64,000 nt of DNA, taken from an uncultured Alphaproteobacteria bacterium (GTDB lineage: Bacteria; Pseudomonadota; Alphaproteobacteria; Rhizobiales; Xanthobacteraceae). The notes beneath the pieces were generated by a model. It made no database searches and had not been told where the DNA came from. It saw nothing but the letters and a program-made list of their open reading frames with translations. The DNA is taken from assembly GCA_963771845.1 (NCBI GenBank), contig CAVYVC010000043.1:19693-83692 (forward strand), written 5' to 3'. Position 1 is the stretch's first letter; each line of letters starts with the position of its first letter. Both the position numbers and the translations under genes were made by a program. Shown piece by piece: positions 1 through 11,985 of the stretch.

Positions 1-4
1 TACA

Positions 5-514
5 GTGCACGCGCCACCTGCGAAGGTGGATCAATCCGCGCCGGATCCGGAGCGGTTTGTCTTCGTTCGCGACGGCTTTTCCTTCTGGGCCTTTCTGCTG
101 GGACCACTGTGGATGCTGTGGCACGGACTGTGGCTCGTCCTCGTAGGCTATCTCGTTCTCGCCGCCGCGCTGCAATTCGTCTTGCGCGCGGCCGGCGCGC
201 AATCCGGCTTGGCCTTTGCGGCTGGCGCGTTTCTGGCGCTACTGGTCGGGTTCGAGGCCGCCACGCTACGGCGGCTGCCGCTCGCGCGGCGCCGCTGGAA
301 GAATGTCGGGATCGTGGTCGGTGACGATCTTGAATCGGCGGAGCGGCGGTTTTTCGATGCCTGGGCGCACGGGGAGCAGCGCGCGCCGGCACCGCCCAGG
401 TCTTCATTCGCCAAGTCGGTACCGGCCGCTTCAACACCGCCAGCCTCCAACGTGAAGGGTACGGCGGGACCGGAGATCATCGGGTTGTTTCCGCAACCTG
501 GAGCTTCACGGTGA
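5..514 (+). CDS. DUF2628-like small membrane protein (may be 5'-partial at window edge)
   Basis: 169-aa ORF with hydrophobic helices ([30 protein letters not shown]). GTGA stop/start overlap with hisH. From memory, this family sits between hisB and hisH in Rhizobiales. Confidence 0.6.
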   Translation: MHAPPAKVDQSAPDPERFVFVRDGFSFWAFLLGPLWMLWHGLWLVLVGYLVLAAALQFVLRAAGAQSGLAFAAGAFLALLVGFEAATLRRLPLARRRWKNVGIVVGDDLESAERRFFDAWAHGEQRAPAPPRSSFAKSVPAASTPPASNVKGTAGPEIIGLFPQPGASR

Positions 515-1161
515 CGGTTGCAATCGTCGATTACGGCTCGGGTAATCTGCATTCGGCTGCCAAAGCGTTCGAGCGCGCCGGACGCGAAGCGCAATGCGCC
601 GCGGCCATTATGGTCACGCGCGACCCCGATCTCGTGCGGCGCGCGGACCACATTGTGCTGCCGGGGGTGGGTGCCTTCGCCGACTGCCGGCGCGGGTTGG
701 ATGCCGTCGGCGGAATGGTGGAAGCCCTCAACGAGAGCGTGCGTCAACGCGGCCGGCCCTTCCTTGGCATCTGCGTTGGCATGCAGTTGATGGCGCAACG
801 CGGCCGGGAATACGAGGTGACCGAAGGTCTGGGTTGGATTGCGGGCGAGGTCGATCGGATCACGCCGGCGGATCCTGATCTCAAAATCCCGCACATGGGT
901 TGGAACACGCTCAATCCGCAGCGGGCGCATCCGCTTCTTGCGGACATCCCGCTTGGAGCCGGCGGCCTGCATGCTTATTTCGTGCATTCGTTTGAGCTGC
1001 GGCCATCGCAGGATTGCGACCTTGTGGCGCAAGCCGATTATGGCGGACCCGTTACTGCCGTTGTTGCCCATGAGACTGCGGTGGGCACGCAATTCCATCC
1101 GGAAAAAAGCCAGCGCTTGGGTCTGCGGCTGATTGCCAATTTCCTGAACTGGAAACCGTGA
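511..1161 (+). CDS. hisH: imidazole glycerol phosphate synthase, glutamine amidotransferase subunit
   Basis: 216 aa with [33 protein letters not shown] and the FHPEKS triad motifs. Lies in the his operon. Confidence 0.95.
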   Translation: MTVAIVDYGSGNLHSAAKAFERAGREAQCAAAIMVTRDPDLVRRADHIVLPGVGAFADCRRGLDAVGGMVEALNESVRQRGRPFLGICVGMQLMAQRGREYEVTEGLGWIAGEVDRITPADPDLKIPHMGWNTLNPQRAHPLLADIPLGAGGLHAYFVHSFELRPSQDCDLVAQADYGGPVTAVVAHETAVGTQFHPEKSQRLGLRLIANFLNWKP

Positions 1162-1179
1162 TGGCCTGTTCAGGCTGAA

Positions 1180-1917
1180 ATGATCTTGTTTCCCGCGATA
1201 GATCTCAAAGGCGGCCTGTGCGTGCGGCTCGAACAGGGCGATATGTCCCGCGCCACGGTCTTCCACACTGATCCGTCGGCGCAGGCGCGCGTTTTCGCGG
1301 AGCAGGGTTTCGAATATCTCCACATCGTCGACCTCGACGGCGCAATCGAAGGCCAGCCAGTCAACCGGGCGGCCGTTGAGCGCATCCGCGCAGCGGTGAG
1401 CATGCCCATCCAGCTCGGCGGCGGAATTCGCGACGCAGCCACCCTCGAAGCGTGGCTCGGCAAGGGGGTGGACCGCGTGGTCATTGGGACGGCTGCGGTA
1501 CGCGATCCTGATCTGGTGAAGTCCGCCGCGCGAACGTTTCCGCAGAGAATCGCTGTTGCCCTCGATGCCCGTGATGGCAGGGTCGCGGTGGAAGGGTGGT
1601 CAAAGACATCGGACCTCGCCGCCGTCGATCTCGCCAAACGGTTCGAGGACGCGGGCGTCGCCGCGATTATCTACACCGACATCGCGCGCGACGGGCTGCT
1701 CACGGGACTCAATCTCGACGCTGCGCTTCTCCTTGCGCAAGCGGTGAAGACACCGGTCATCGTGTCCGGAGGGCTTGCTTCCATCGAGGATATCAAGTCG
1801 TTGCTCGAGCCGCGTGCAAGCAAGCTTGCCGGCGCAATCGCCGGCCGCGCGCTCTACGATGGCCGCCTTGATGGACGGGAAGCGTTGCGGCTGATCCGCT
1901 CCGCCCGTGCGGCCTGA
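1180..1917 (+). CDS. hisA: ProFAR isomerase
   Basis: 245 aa with N-terminal [17 protein letters not shown] and a (beta/alpha)8 HisA pattern. Located between hisH and hisF. Confidence 0.95.
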   Translation: MILFPAIDLKGGLCVRLEQGDMSRATVFHTDPSAQARVFAEQGFEYLHIVDLDGAIEGQPVNRAAVERIRAAVSMPIQLGGGIRDAATLEAWLGKGVDRVVIGTAAVRDPDLVKSAARTFPQRIAVALDARDGRVAVEGWSKTSDLAAVDLAKRFEDAGVAAIIYTDIARDGLLTGLNLDAALLLAQAVKTPVIVSGGLASIEDIKSLLEPRASKLAGAIAGRALYDGRLDGREALRLIRSARAA

Positions 1918-1922
1918 ACTGC

Positions 1923-2699
<777 letters not shown>

Positions 2700-2701
2700 G
2701 G

Positions 2702-2731
2702 GGCGAGTAGCGATTGGCGAATAGCGATTTG
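2702..2731. repeat. short tandem CGAATAG/CGATTGG-type repeat (REP-like)
   Basis: Sequence gcgagtagcgattggcgaatagcgattt sits directly after the hisF stop. A related copy in reverse orientation lies at 15183-15215 (attcgctactcgccattcgcaattcgcc). Confidence 0.4.
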
Positions 2732-2762
2732 GGGGTTGGACGACCCTTAATCAACCCAAAAA

Positions 2763-2795
2763 TTGACTGCCGAAAGGAACTTCCTTACTGTAAGG
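2763..2795 (+). promoter_or_regulatory. putative promoter/operator of the TA module
   Basis: TTGACT (2763-2768) is followed about 18 nt later by ACTGTA. The perfect palindrome CCTTACtGTAAGG (2783-2795) overlaps the -10 region, about 30 nt upstream of the antitoxin ATG. Confidence 0.4.
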
Positions 2796-2823
2796 ATTAT
2801 TCTTACCACAGCGTGTCGCAGCA

Positions 2824-3039
2824 ATGATCACCAGTAAGATTACCAGCAAGGCGCAAACCACTATCCCGCAGGCCGTGCGTAAAGCGCTGCGGGTACGAAA
2901 GGGGGATGAGCTCGCATACGAGATTGAGAGGGGTCGCGTCATTGTAACCAAAGCGACTCGCAAACCGTCCGATGATCCGTTTGCGACGTTCGTCGAATGG
3001 GCTTCGGAGAATGACGGCCGCGCCTATGGCGACCTTTGA
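2824..3039 (+). CDS. AbrB/MazE/SpoVT-type antitoxin
   Basis: 71 aa. The N-terminal ITSKAQTTIPQAVRKALRVRKGDELAYEI looks like a looped-hinge (swapped-hairpin) DNA-binding motif. The gene overlaps the downstream toxin gene. Confidence 0.8.
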   Translation: MITSKITSKAQTTIPQAVRKALRVRKGDELAYEIERGRVIVTKATRKPSDDPFATFVEWASENDGRAYGDL

Positions 3040-3382
3040 TCCGTGGGATGTTGTCAAAGTTCCGTTCCCCTATACGGATCGTCCGGCGCGACAGCACCGG
3101 CCGGCGTTGGTCGTTGCCGCCGGATCGATTCAGGCCGGCCATGGACTGCTGTGGGTTTTGATGATCACCAGCGCAGAAAATCGCAGGTGGGCGGATGATG
3201 TCCTGGTGGCTAATCTCAACCTCGCAGGACTGCCTGCACCTTCCGTGATCCGCTGCGCCAAGATCGCAACAATCGAAGCTCGTGACGCCGAGCGGATAGG
3301 TGCGGTTGCGCAGCGCGAGCGAAGGAGAGTCACTGCCCATCTCGCGCGCATCTTGGGCGGCGTGGCCGCCATCAGACGCTAG
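3026..3382 (+). CDS. PemK/MazF-family toxin (endoribonuclease)
   Basis: FDPWDVVKVPFPYTD...RPALVV...ITS pattern of MazF/PemK. The ATG at 3026 overlaps the antitoxin by 14 nt. An alternative ATG lies at 3011. Confidence 0.8.
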   Translation: MATFDPWDVVKVPFPYTDRPARQHRPALVVAAGSIQAGHGLLWVLMITSAENRRWADDVLVANLNLAGLPAPSVIRCAKIATIEARDAERIGAVAQRERRRVTAHLARILGGVAAIRR

Positions 3383-3504
3383 ATGACCTTTGCATGCATT
3401 GATGAACTCGCGCTTGAAATAACGAGTGCCATCAAAATCCCTCAACGCGGCCTCCTGCTCCACGGGCTCAAGCACTGGTTGGCGTGCGGGATATTCGCTA
3501 CCGC

Positions 3505-4488
3505 TCACTCCAGCATGATATTGTTTACGCGTATCACCTCGCCCCAGCGCCGGACTTCGTCTTTAATGAAGGCAGCCGTTTCGGCCGGCGTCCTGCCGTC
3601 CGGCTCGACATGGAGCGCGCGGAAGCGCTGCTGCACGTCGGGCATCTTGAGCGCCTCGATGGTAGCCTTGGCGATCTGATCCTGCAGTTCCGGCTTGAGC
3701 TTGGGCGGTCCGACCATCGCGTACCAGACGCCCGAGAGAAGGTCGGGGAGCCCGACCTCGGCGCTGGTCGGCACATCCGGTATCGCCGCGGCGCGCGCCT
3801 TGTCGGTCACGGCTAAGACTTTGAGCTTGCCGTCCCGATAAAGAGCGAACGCCCCCGCTATGTTGCCGAAGAAGACATCGACGCGCTCCCCCAGCATATC
3901 GTTGTAGACCAGTGTCTCGCCGCGATATGGTACATGCACCATGCTGGTGCCGGTCATGTTCATGAACATGTTGGCGGTAAGGTGGGGAGTGTTGCCGGCC
4001 CCTTGGCTGCCATACACGAGCCTGCCCGGATTCGCCTTTGCGTGCGCAATCAGCTCGCTCACCGAATTCACCGGCAGCCCTTTGCGCACGATCACGAGGT
4101 TGGGCACTGATCCGAAATTTGTGATCGGCACGAATTCTTCCGGCTTGTAGGACAACTCCTTGTAGAGGCTCTGGTTGGTGGCGAGCGGCGGCGTTGCCGA
4201 GACCAGCAGGGTGTAGCCATCGGGCTCCGCCTGCGCCACCGCAGCAGCACCGATGTTGCCGCTGCCGCCGCTGCGGTTCTCTACGATGACCGGCTGGCCC
4301 CACTTCGCCTGCAACTTGTCGCCCACGATTCGGGCAAGCACGTCATTGGTGCCACCGCCGGGATACGGAATGAGAAATTTTACAGGCCTTGTTGGATACC
4401 CGTCCTGCGCAAACGTCTTGTCGAAGCCTGGCGCAGGAACCATCGACAGGATGAAGATGAAGGCGAAGGCGGCAAACCATCGGGGCAT
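3505..4488 (-). CDS. Bug-family (TctC-like) tripartite tricarboxylate transporter substrate-binding protein
   Basis: Signal peptide MPRWFAAFAFIFILSMVPAPG followed by YPTRPVKFLIPYPGGGTNDV, the Bug family signature. The long ORF was trimmed to the internal Met. Confidence 0.85.
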   Translation of the reverse strand: MPRWFAAFAFIFILSMVPAPGFDKTFAQDGYPTRPVKFLIPYPGGGTNDVLARIVGDKLQAKWGQPVIVENRSGGSGNIGAAAVAQAEPDGYTLLVSATPPLATNQSLYKELSYKPEEFVPITNFGSVPNLVIVRKGLPVNSVSELIAHAKANPGRLVYGSQGAGNTPHLTANMFMNMTGTSMVHVPYRGETLVYNDMLGERVDVFFGNIAGAFALYRDGKLKVLAVTDKARAAAIPDVPTSAEVGLPDLLSGVWYAMVGPPKLKPELQDQIAKATIEALKMPDVQQRFRALHVEPDGRTPAETAAFIKDEVRRWGEVIRVNNIMLE

Positions 4489-4680
4489 GGGGATCTCCCG
4501 TCGTGCGAGGTCCGAGAGTATAGGTGACAAGGATGCCAAGGCCACATCAATCGCGGTCGCGGGCCAAGTGGCGCTGCACACGGGGCTGGCGGCGATTTCG
4601 GAAAATTCATCGCGCAGGATCGCGCAATCGCCCAGCGGATCGTCAAGGAAGCTGCGCCGACATGATTGGAGGAGATGCTA

Positions 4681-5745
4681 ATGATATTCCGACCACCGTA
4701 TCATTCGAGTGGAAGGTCCGTCTGGCTTGGCAAGGAGCTCGTCCAGACCGAGGACTGGATCGTCCGGTTGTCGCCGGCGGCACTCGCGGAGATCGACGCC
4801 TCGGTGAGCCGCTTCCGTGGCCGCAACGCCTATGACACGCCGGTTACGCGGGACGAATTCCCGCTCACCACGATGGCCGACGACCTCGCGCGGATGCGGC
4901 GGGAGATCGCGACCGGCCGCGGGTTCTTCGTGTTCCGCGGTCTCGACAGGGACCGCTATTCTGACAATGAGCTTGGCCTCATCTTCCGCGGATTTGGCGC
5001 CCATTTTGGCCTCGAGCTGACGCAAAGCGCGTTCGGCGACCGCCTGGGCGACATCCGCGACATCAGCGATATTCTGGTCGACCGCAGCAGGCGGCGCGGC
5101 TATCAGTCAGGCGGCTTCCAGACCGCGCACACCGACCCGAGCGGGGAGGTAGGCATCGTCGCCATGCTCAGCCTGAAGATGGCGATGTCGGGCGGCGAAA
5201 GCCTGATCGCCAGCGCCCACACCGTCCATAACATGCTGCTGGACTGGTGCCCCGATCTGCTCGAGGAGTTCTACAAGGGCTTCGTCTTGCGCCGTCCCGA
5301 CTCCGACGCCGAGCGCATGGGCCGGCCGGCGCTGATCGGCAACGTCCCGAGCTTCTGCTACGAAAACGGCTGGCTCAACTGCGACTTCCAGCATGCCTAT
5401 ATGCGCCGCGCCGCTGAGCTCGGCGACACGGCCATCAGTCCGAAACAGGAAGCCGCGCTCGGTGCCTTCATGGCCATCTCTAACCATCCCGACGTTATGC
5501 TGAAGATGATGCTCAAGCCGGGCGACTTCCAGTTCATCAACAACCGCACGATCCTGCACGGCCGAGCCGACTTCGAGGATCATGGGGCGAAGGATCAGCG
5601 GCGTCATCTCTACCGGCTATGGATCAACGTGCCGGAGTGGCCGCGCATGCCGGCGTCGCAAAGCACGCTGGTGGCTGCCGACATGGCGCGCTGGGATGCA
5701 CTGGCGGCGCAGCATCGCGCCGCGACACCGGGCTGGGCGTCCTAA
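4681..5745 (+). CDS. TauD/TfdA-family Fe(II)/2-oxoglutarate dioxygenase
   Basis: HTD facial-triad region (QTAHTDPSGE) and distal NNRTILHGR. GGAGGA RBS lies 7 nt upstream of the ATG at 4681. Confidence 0.8.
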   Translation: MIFRPPYHSSGRSVWLGKELVQTEDWIVRLSPAALAEIDASVSRFRGRNAYDTPVTRDEFPLTTMADDLARMRREIATGRGFFVFRGLDRDRYSDNELGLIFRGFGAHFGLELTQSAFGDRLGDIRDISDILVDRSRRRGYQSGGFQTAHTDPSGEVGIVAMLSLKMAMSGGESLIASAHTVHNMLLDWCPDLLEEFYKGFVLRRPDSDAERMGRPALIGNVPSFCYENGWLNCDFQHAYMRRAAELGDTAISPKQEAALGAFMAISNHPDVMLKMMLKPGDFQFINNRTILHGRADFEDHGAKDQRRHLYRLWINVPEWPRMPASQSTLVAADMARWDALAAQHRAATPGWAS

Positions 5746-5777
5746 CCTAGCGGGACCTAACGGGCATGTTATGCCAC

Positions 5778-5819
5778 GTCATTCCCGGGACCGAGCGCAG
5801 CGAGGGAACCCGGAATGAC
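5778..5819. repeat. REP-type palindromic element
   Basis: gtcattcccggg-N18-cccggaatgac palindrome in an intergenic position. From memory, this motif type is abundant in Bradyrhizobiaceae. Confidence 0.5.
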
Positions 5820-5905
5820 GAAGTCATTTGATGATGTGATCACTTTCCAAGGAATAAGGAACGTCAGACTTCGTAGCACTGTGGAAGCGGTGCCGCAGGC
5901 GCTTC

Positions 5906-6874
5906 CTACTTCCTCAGTCCGGCGGCTTCGGCAGCGGCCGCCCATGTGATCATTCCGCGCGCAATCAATTGGGCAAACTCCTCGGGCGAGCCGTCGAGCG
6001 GCTCGAACCCCGACACCGCGAGCTTGGCGACCACGTTCTCTGACTTGAGCGCAGCGTTGGCGGCGACAGCGAGCGTCTCGATCACTGCGCGCGGTGTGCC
6101 GGCGGGTGCCATCAGGCCGAACCAGACCGTGCACTCGAAACCGGGCAGTAAGACCTCCGCGATGGTCGGGATATTCGGCGCAATGCGCGGGCGCTTGGCC
6201 GAACACGAGGCAAGCGCTGTGAGGCGGCCGACTTCGACGTGCGGCATGACCGTCGAAGCTACGGCCAACACCATTGACAGTCGGCCAGCAACCAGGTCGG
6301 TGACCTGCGGCGGGCTGCCCGGATACGGCACGTGAACGAGCTTGATGTTCGTGCGCACGCTGATCAATTCCATGGCGAGATGCCCGACCGTGCCTGGCCC
6401 AACCGACCCGTAGGTAAGTTCACCAGGCTTGGATTTCGCGAGCGCGATGAGTTCATCGACGCTCGACACGCCGAGCGAAGGATGTACCGCAAGGATGAGC
6501 GGCAGGCCGGTGAGCGGCGCGATCGGGGCGAAATCCCTGGCGAAGTCAAAGTGCAGATTGGAGCTGGTGACGGCATTGGTGACGTTCGATAACGTGCCAA
6601 TGAACAGGGTGTAGCCGTCCGCCGGGGAACGCGCGACGAATTCGGCGGCGATGCTTGAGCCGGCGCCCGGCCTCGCTTCCACGACCACCTGCTGGCCGAG
6701 CGTCCTGCTCATGGCATCGCCGACCAGCCGTGCGGTGATGTCGGCCGCCGACCCCGGCGGGAAGCCGATGATCAGTCGAATAGGCCGCGATGGATAGTTG
6801 TCGGCGTTCCCCTTCGGGACGGCGGCAAAAGTGGTCATCGCCAGGGTCAAGGCCAAAAAGGCAAAACGTTGCAC
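5906..6874 (-). CDS. Bug-family (TctC-like) substrate-binding protein
   Basis: GTG start at 6874 preceded by GGGAGG. Signal peptide QRFAFLALTLAMTTFAAV followed by YPSRPIRLIIGFPPGSAADI. Confidence 0.85.
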   Translation of the reverse strand: MQRFAFLALTLAMTTFAAVPKGNADNYPSRPIRLIIGFPPGSAADITARLVGDAMSRTLGQQVVVEARPGAGSSIAAEFVARSPADGYTLFIGTLSNVTNAVTSSNLHFDFARDFAPIAPLTGLPLILAVHPSLGVSSVDELIALAKSKPGELTYGSVGPGTVGHLAMELISVRTNIKLVHVPYPGSPPQVTDLVAGRLSMVLAVASTVMPHVEVGRLTALASCSAKRPRIAPNIPTIAEVLLPGFECTVWFGLMAPAGTPRAVIETLAVAANAALKSENVVAKLAVSGFEPLDGSPEEFAQLIARGMITWAAAAEAAGLRK

Positions 6875-7273
6875 GGCGGTCCTCCCTTGGATGCGGCTTT
6901 TGTTGTCCAACAAACCGGTTGCCGCAAACCAGTTGCGTTCGCTTCGCCAGTCTAGCTTACGATGAGGCTGAAGTGATTGCGCTGCCTTGCCGCACCGGGC
7001 GAAATGACACGACGGTATGTCTGCAATGCGAGGAGTAGCGGCCGACGGTTTTGCAGTGCGGTAATCTCGGGTATTGACCCAACTCGGACATAAGCAGCGC
7101 AAAATGGTGCATTGCGCTCTCGCCTGCACGCCTTCTGACCCCGGTCCAAGCCCCCTCTCAACGTCGGGACGGGTGTGGTACCCTTTCGCTGCGCTGGCAC
7201 GGTTCTGAGCGTCGTGGGATGGCTTCATGAGAGGGCGGTCACTCGTCACGTCGATTGCGCTGGTGGCGTGGCA

Positions 7274-10200
7274 ATGAAAGCTCGGCACCCCAGGACGACG
7301 AAGCCGAAACGCCGCAAGGAGCCGACGGCTGCGCGTCGCTACGCTCCCTCGGCGGTCAATCTCCAAAAGCAACTCGACCAGCGAACCCGCGAGCTTGCCG
7401 AGGCGCAAAAGAACCTGGCTGAGGCGCACGAGCAGCAGACGGCAACCTCCGAGGTGCTGCACGTAATTTCAAGCTCGCCCAGCGAGCTAGAACCGATCTT
7501 CCGGGCCGTGCTGGAGAACGCGACGCGCCTCTGCGAGGCCAAGTTCGGCACGCTGTACCTCCGCGACGCAGATGGCTTCCGCGCGGTTGCTACGCACAAT
7601 GCCCCGCCCGCCTATGTCGAGGCACGACGCGACCCACTGCTCCGACCGCCGCCGGACGCGCCCCTCGGACGTGTGGCCATTACGAAGCAGGTGGTCCACA
7701 TCGTCGATATCAAAACGACACGATCCTATATTGAGCGCCATCCATGGCTCCTCGCCGACGACCTTGCTGGCTATCGGACCATCCTCGCTGTGCCGATGCT
7801 CAAGGAAAGCGAGCTGATCGGCGCCATCATCATCTTTCGCCAGGAGGTTCGCCCGTTCAGCGACAAGCAGATCGAACTGGTCCAAAAACTTCGCCGCCCA
7901 GGCAGTGATCGCCATAGAGAACGCGCGCCTGCTCAACGAGCTGCGCCAGCGCACGGCCGATCTGACCGAGGCGTTGGAACAGCAGACGGCGACCTCCGAG
8001 GTGCTGCAGGTGATCTCCAGCTCGCCGGGCGAGCTTGCGCCGGTGTTCGAAGCCATGCTGGCGAATGCAGTGCGGCTCTGCGAGGCCAAATTCGGCGTAT
8101 TGAACTTGCATGAGGATGGGACCCTGCGCATGGGTGCCATGCACAACGTACCACCGGCCTTTGCCCAATTTCTGCAAGCCCGAGCTGGCGGATATCAACC
8201 AATTCCAGGCAGCCTGATCGATCGCGTTATACGAGCAAAGCAAGTGGGCCACACGGCCGATGAATCCGGCGGCAGAGCGGCAACACTCGGTGGGGCGCGA
8301 TCTATCGTTTCTGTGCCAATGCTCAAAGACGATGCGCTGATTGGCACGATCACAGTCTACCGGCAGGAAGTCCGTCCGTTCACCGACAAGCAGGTCGAGC
8401 TGGTCAAGAACTTCGCTGCCCAAGCGGTCATCGCCATCGAGAATACGCGCCTGCTCAATGAACTGCGCCAGCGCACCGACGATCTATCGAATCCCTGCAG
8501 CAGCAGACCGCCACCGCTGACGTGCTCAAGGTCATCAGCCGCTCGACCTTCGATCTGCAGGCCGTGCTCGATACGCTGGTGCAATCGGCGGCGCGGCTGT
8601 GCGAGGCCGATAGCGCGGCCATCCACCGCCCGCGCGGCGATGCCTATCCTTATGTGGCGAGCTACGGATACTCGGCCGAATACGACCAGTACATGCGCGA
8701 CCATCCGATGAAGCCGAGCCGGGGGTCCGTGCTTTGGCGTACAGCACAACAAGGCAGAATTGTCCATGTTGCCGATGTGCAGACCGATCCCGATTTTGCC
8801 GATTCGGATCTCGCCGAGCAGAGGAAAATAGGAGGCGCTGTTACGGTGCTCGGCGTCCCATTGCTGCGGGAAGGCATGCCGATCGGCGTGATTATACTGT
8901 CGCGATTCCAAGCGCGCCCATTCACCGATAAGCAGATCGAGCTCGCCACCACCTTCGCCGACCAGGCGGTGATCGCGATCGAGAACGTGCGGCTGTTCGA
9001 AGCCGAGCAGCAACGCACGCGTGAGCTGACCAAATCGCTGGAACAGCAGACTGCGACCGCCGAGGTCCTGCGCGTCATCTCAAGCTCGCCCGGTGAGTTG
9101 GAGCCGGTGTTCTCCGCAATGCTGCAGAACGCCCTGCGGCTTTGCGAGGCCGAATTCGGGAATTTGCTCCGATATGCGAATAAAGCCTTCCACGCCGCTT
9201 CATTCGTCAACACACCGACAGCCTTCGAGGCTTTTATCCGACAGGGTCCGGTTCAGCCAGCCCCCGGAAGCGGTCTCGCACGCATTGTCCGAACTAAGCA
9301 AACCGCGCATGTCCATGATGTCAGAGAGCTAGAAGCCTATGCAAATCGCGATCCATTCGTGGTCGCTGGCGCTGAGGCAGGCATCCGAACTCTCTTGCTC
9401 GTCCCGATGCTCAAGGAGAATGAGCTGGTCGGCATCATCGGCATCTACCGCCTCGAGGTTCGTCCCTTCACGAACAAGCAGATCGAGCTGGTCACTAACT
9501 TCGCCGCGCAGGCCGTGATCGCCATCGAGAACACACGACTGCTCAATGAGCTGCGCGAATCGCTGCGGCAGCAGACCGCGACCTCGGAGGTCCTGCAGGT
9601 CATCAGCTCGTCGCCGGGCGAATTGGAGCCGGTATTCCAGGCGATGCTGAGGAACGCAACCCGCATCTGCGACGCCAAGTTCGGCACGCTGCATCGATAC
9701 GACGGCGAATTGTTCCACCGCGTCGCCCGCACCGGTACGCCGGCTGCACTTGTTGAATTCCAGAAGGAGCGCGGCCCCTTCAAGCCGGATGCGACCGGGC
9801 TCCTCGGTCGCGTCTTGCGGGATCGAGCAGTAGTCCACGTCGCCGATGAGTTGGCAGAACCAAACCCGGGCCCTGCTGCCAAGTATGGTGGCGCGCGTAC
9901 CGTTATCGCGGTTCCGATGCTGAAGGAGCAAGAACTGGTCGGCGCTATCGTGATCTACCGTCAGGAAGTGCGACCGTTCACCGACAAGCAGATCGAGCTG
10001 GTACAGAACTTCGCGGCGCCGGCCGTCATCGCCGTGGAGAACACTCGCCTGCTCAACGAATTGCGCGAATCGCTGCAGCAGCAAACCGCGACTGCCGACG
10101 TGCTCAAGGTCATCAGCCGCTCAACCTTCGATCTGCGAGCAGTGCTTACTACTCTCGTCGAGTCGGCAGGGCGGCTCTGCCAAGCAGACAGAGCAGCAAT

Positions 10201-11361
10201 CAGGCTCGCGAGGGGTGGTTCCTACTACCAACTCGGAAGCTACGGTTTCTCGGCTGAACAAGATGAGTTCATGGAACGTCATCCGTTACAGCCGGATCGC
10301 GGATCGGCCACCGGGCGCGTGCTCGAGGGCAAGACTGTTCACGTCGTGGATACGCAGAGCGATCCGGAATACACACTTACACACAGAACCGAGTTCGCGG
10401 ATGTACGCACTGTCCTCGGCGTGCCGTTGCTGCGTGAAGGGATTCCCATTGGTGTACTAATCCTAACTCGGCAGACCGTGCGGCCGTTCACCGACAAGCA
10501 GATCGAGCTGGTCCAGACTTTGCCGACCAGGCGGTGATCGCCATCGAGAACGTCCGCCTGTTCGACGAAATCCAGGACAAGAGCCGCCAGTTGGCAGCGG
10601 CGAGCCAGCACAAGTCGCAGTTCCTTGCCAACATGAGCCACGAGCTGCGCACGCCCCTCAACGCCATCATCGGGGTGAGCGAGATGCTGCGGGAGGATGC
10701 GGAAGCATTGCAGCAGGACGTGGAGCCGCTCGATCGCGTGCTCGGCGCCGGCCGGCATCTGCTGGCCTTGATCAACGACATTCTCGACCTGTCCAAGATC
10801 GAGGCCGGGCGGATGGAGCTGCAGCTCGATTCCTTCGCTCTTGCACCGCTGATCGACGGTGTCATCAAGACGATCGAACCGCTGGCGGCGAAGAATGGGA
10901 ACCAGGTTGTGGCCCATTGCGACGCCGCGATCGGGACGATGCATGCTGACCAGATGCGTCTGCGGCAGGCCCTGCTCAATCTCATGAGCAATGCCAACAA
11001 ATTCACTGAGAAAGGCACCATCACCATCGCCGCTCTGCAAGCACAGGAGAACGGTCGCGATTGGGTCACGCTCGCCGTGACCGACACTGGCATCGGCATG
11101 ACACCGGAGCAGATGGGCAAACTGTTCCAGGAGTTTTCGCAGGCCTCCTCCACCACGGCGAGCAAATACGGCGGCACCGGCCTTGGTCTCGTGATCAGCC
11201 GCCGATTTTGTCAGATGATGGGTGGCGACATCACCGTCGAGAGCGAGGTCGATCGCGGCTCGACCTTCACGATCCGACTCCCGAGAATTGTGGACGCTCC
11301 GAAGGATGTGGTTGCTACCGATCCCGCCCACACAGTGGAGGCGACGCTAAAACACCACTAG
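7274..11361 (+). pseudogene. cytoplasmic sensor histidine kinase with six tandem GAF modules, interrupted by three 1-nt frameshifts
   Basis: Four overlapping ORFs (frames 2,0,2,1) read through one continuous protein. Six ~175-aa modules each start at QQTAT[SA][ED]VL.VIS and end at [16 protein letters not shown]. HisKA ([12 protein letters not shown]) and HATPase_c (GTGLGL) follow. Frame breaks occur near 7884-7888, 8486-8492 and 10516-10522. Confidence 0.8.
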
Positions 11362-11559
11362 GATTTTTGCTGCACTGCATGAGTCCGGAAGTGGCAGATT
11401 TTGTTGCAAAAGTCTTTTTGCACTGGTGATGAAAAATTCTCCGGGCCGTGGGCGCGACTTTCGTGTAAAGATGTGGGGGGCCTCATCGCCTGACGATAAA
11501 CTCACGGGCGACCTCGGTAACGTGATTGAGGCCACACAGATCGCCTGTCGTCGGTCGGA

Positions 11560-11886
11560 TTGTCTTATGGCGAGAAAAATATCACCGGGCAATTTTGGAC
11601 TTTTGCAACAATATCGGCACATAGCAGCAGTGGTTTGGGGTCAGCTTTACGGCCGGTATTGGAGGTGCTGCGGATATACCGTGAGACGATCGAGCGAGTC
11701 AAATACGCGACAGCGGAAGATTATATAAGTGCCATCCAGATCGCACTTGGCGCCGCTATCGGCGCGGTTATTGGTGTTGTGATTGGCGATGTAACACACC
11801 TCACCGGTTACTGGCCGCATATTGTGGTTGCGCTCTGCGCGGCGGCCGGGGTGTTCGTCGCGCACACGATATGGCCGCGCAAATAG
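11560..11886 (+). CDS. hypothetical small membrane protein (start uncertain)
   Basis: The C-terminal half is hydrophobic and glycine-zipper-like (IALGAAIGAVIGVVIGDV...VVALCAAAGVFVAH). The N-terminal part overlaps repeat-like sequence. Confidence 0.3.
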   Translation: MSYGEKNITGQFWTFATISAHSSSGLGSALRPVLEVLRIYRETIERVKYATAEDYISAIQIALGAAIGAVIGVVIGDVTHLTGYWPHIVVALCAAAGVFVAHTIWPRK

Positions 11887-11985
11887 GCCGCAGGCGTGGT
11901 TCCTAAGCTTCAGCGGCGCTTACTCGTTGCCTTTTGGCCTATCCATAACTTGGCCCGCAGTCTGCGCCTCGCCTAGAAATAGGGG

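Noticed and set aside
148-1323. 391-aa ORF on the minus strand
   Set aside because: It is antisense to the DUF2628 gene and hisH. Its Arg/Ala/Pro-rich composition is typical of shadow ORFs in high-GC DNA, and it has no recognisable motifs.
11362-11560. Short ORFs such as LLHCMSPEVADFVAKVFLHW after the kinase gene
   Set aside because: They look like translated dispersed-repeat or intergenic sequence. They are overlapping, in multiple frames and without an RBS, so they are not called as genes.
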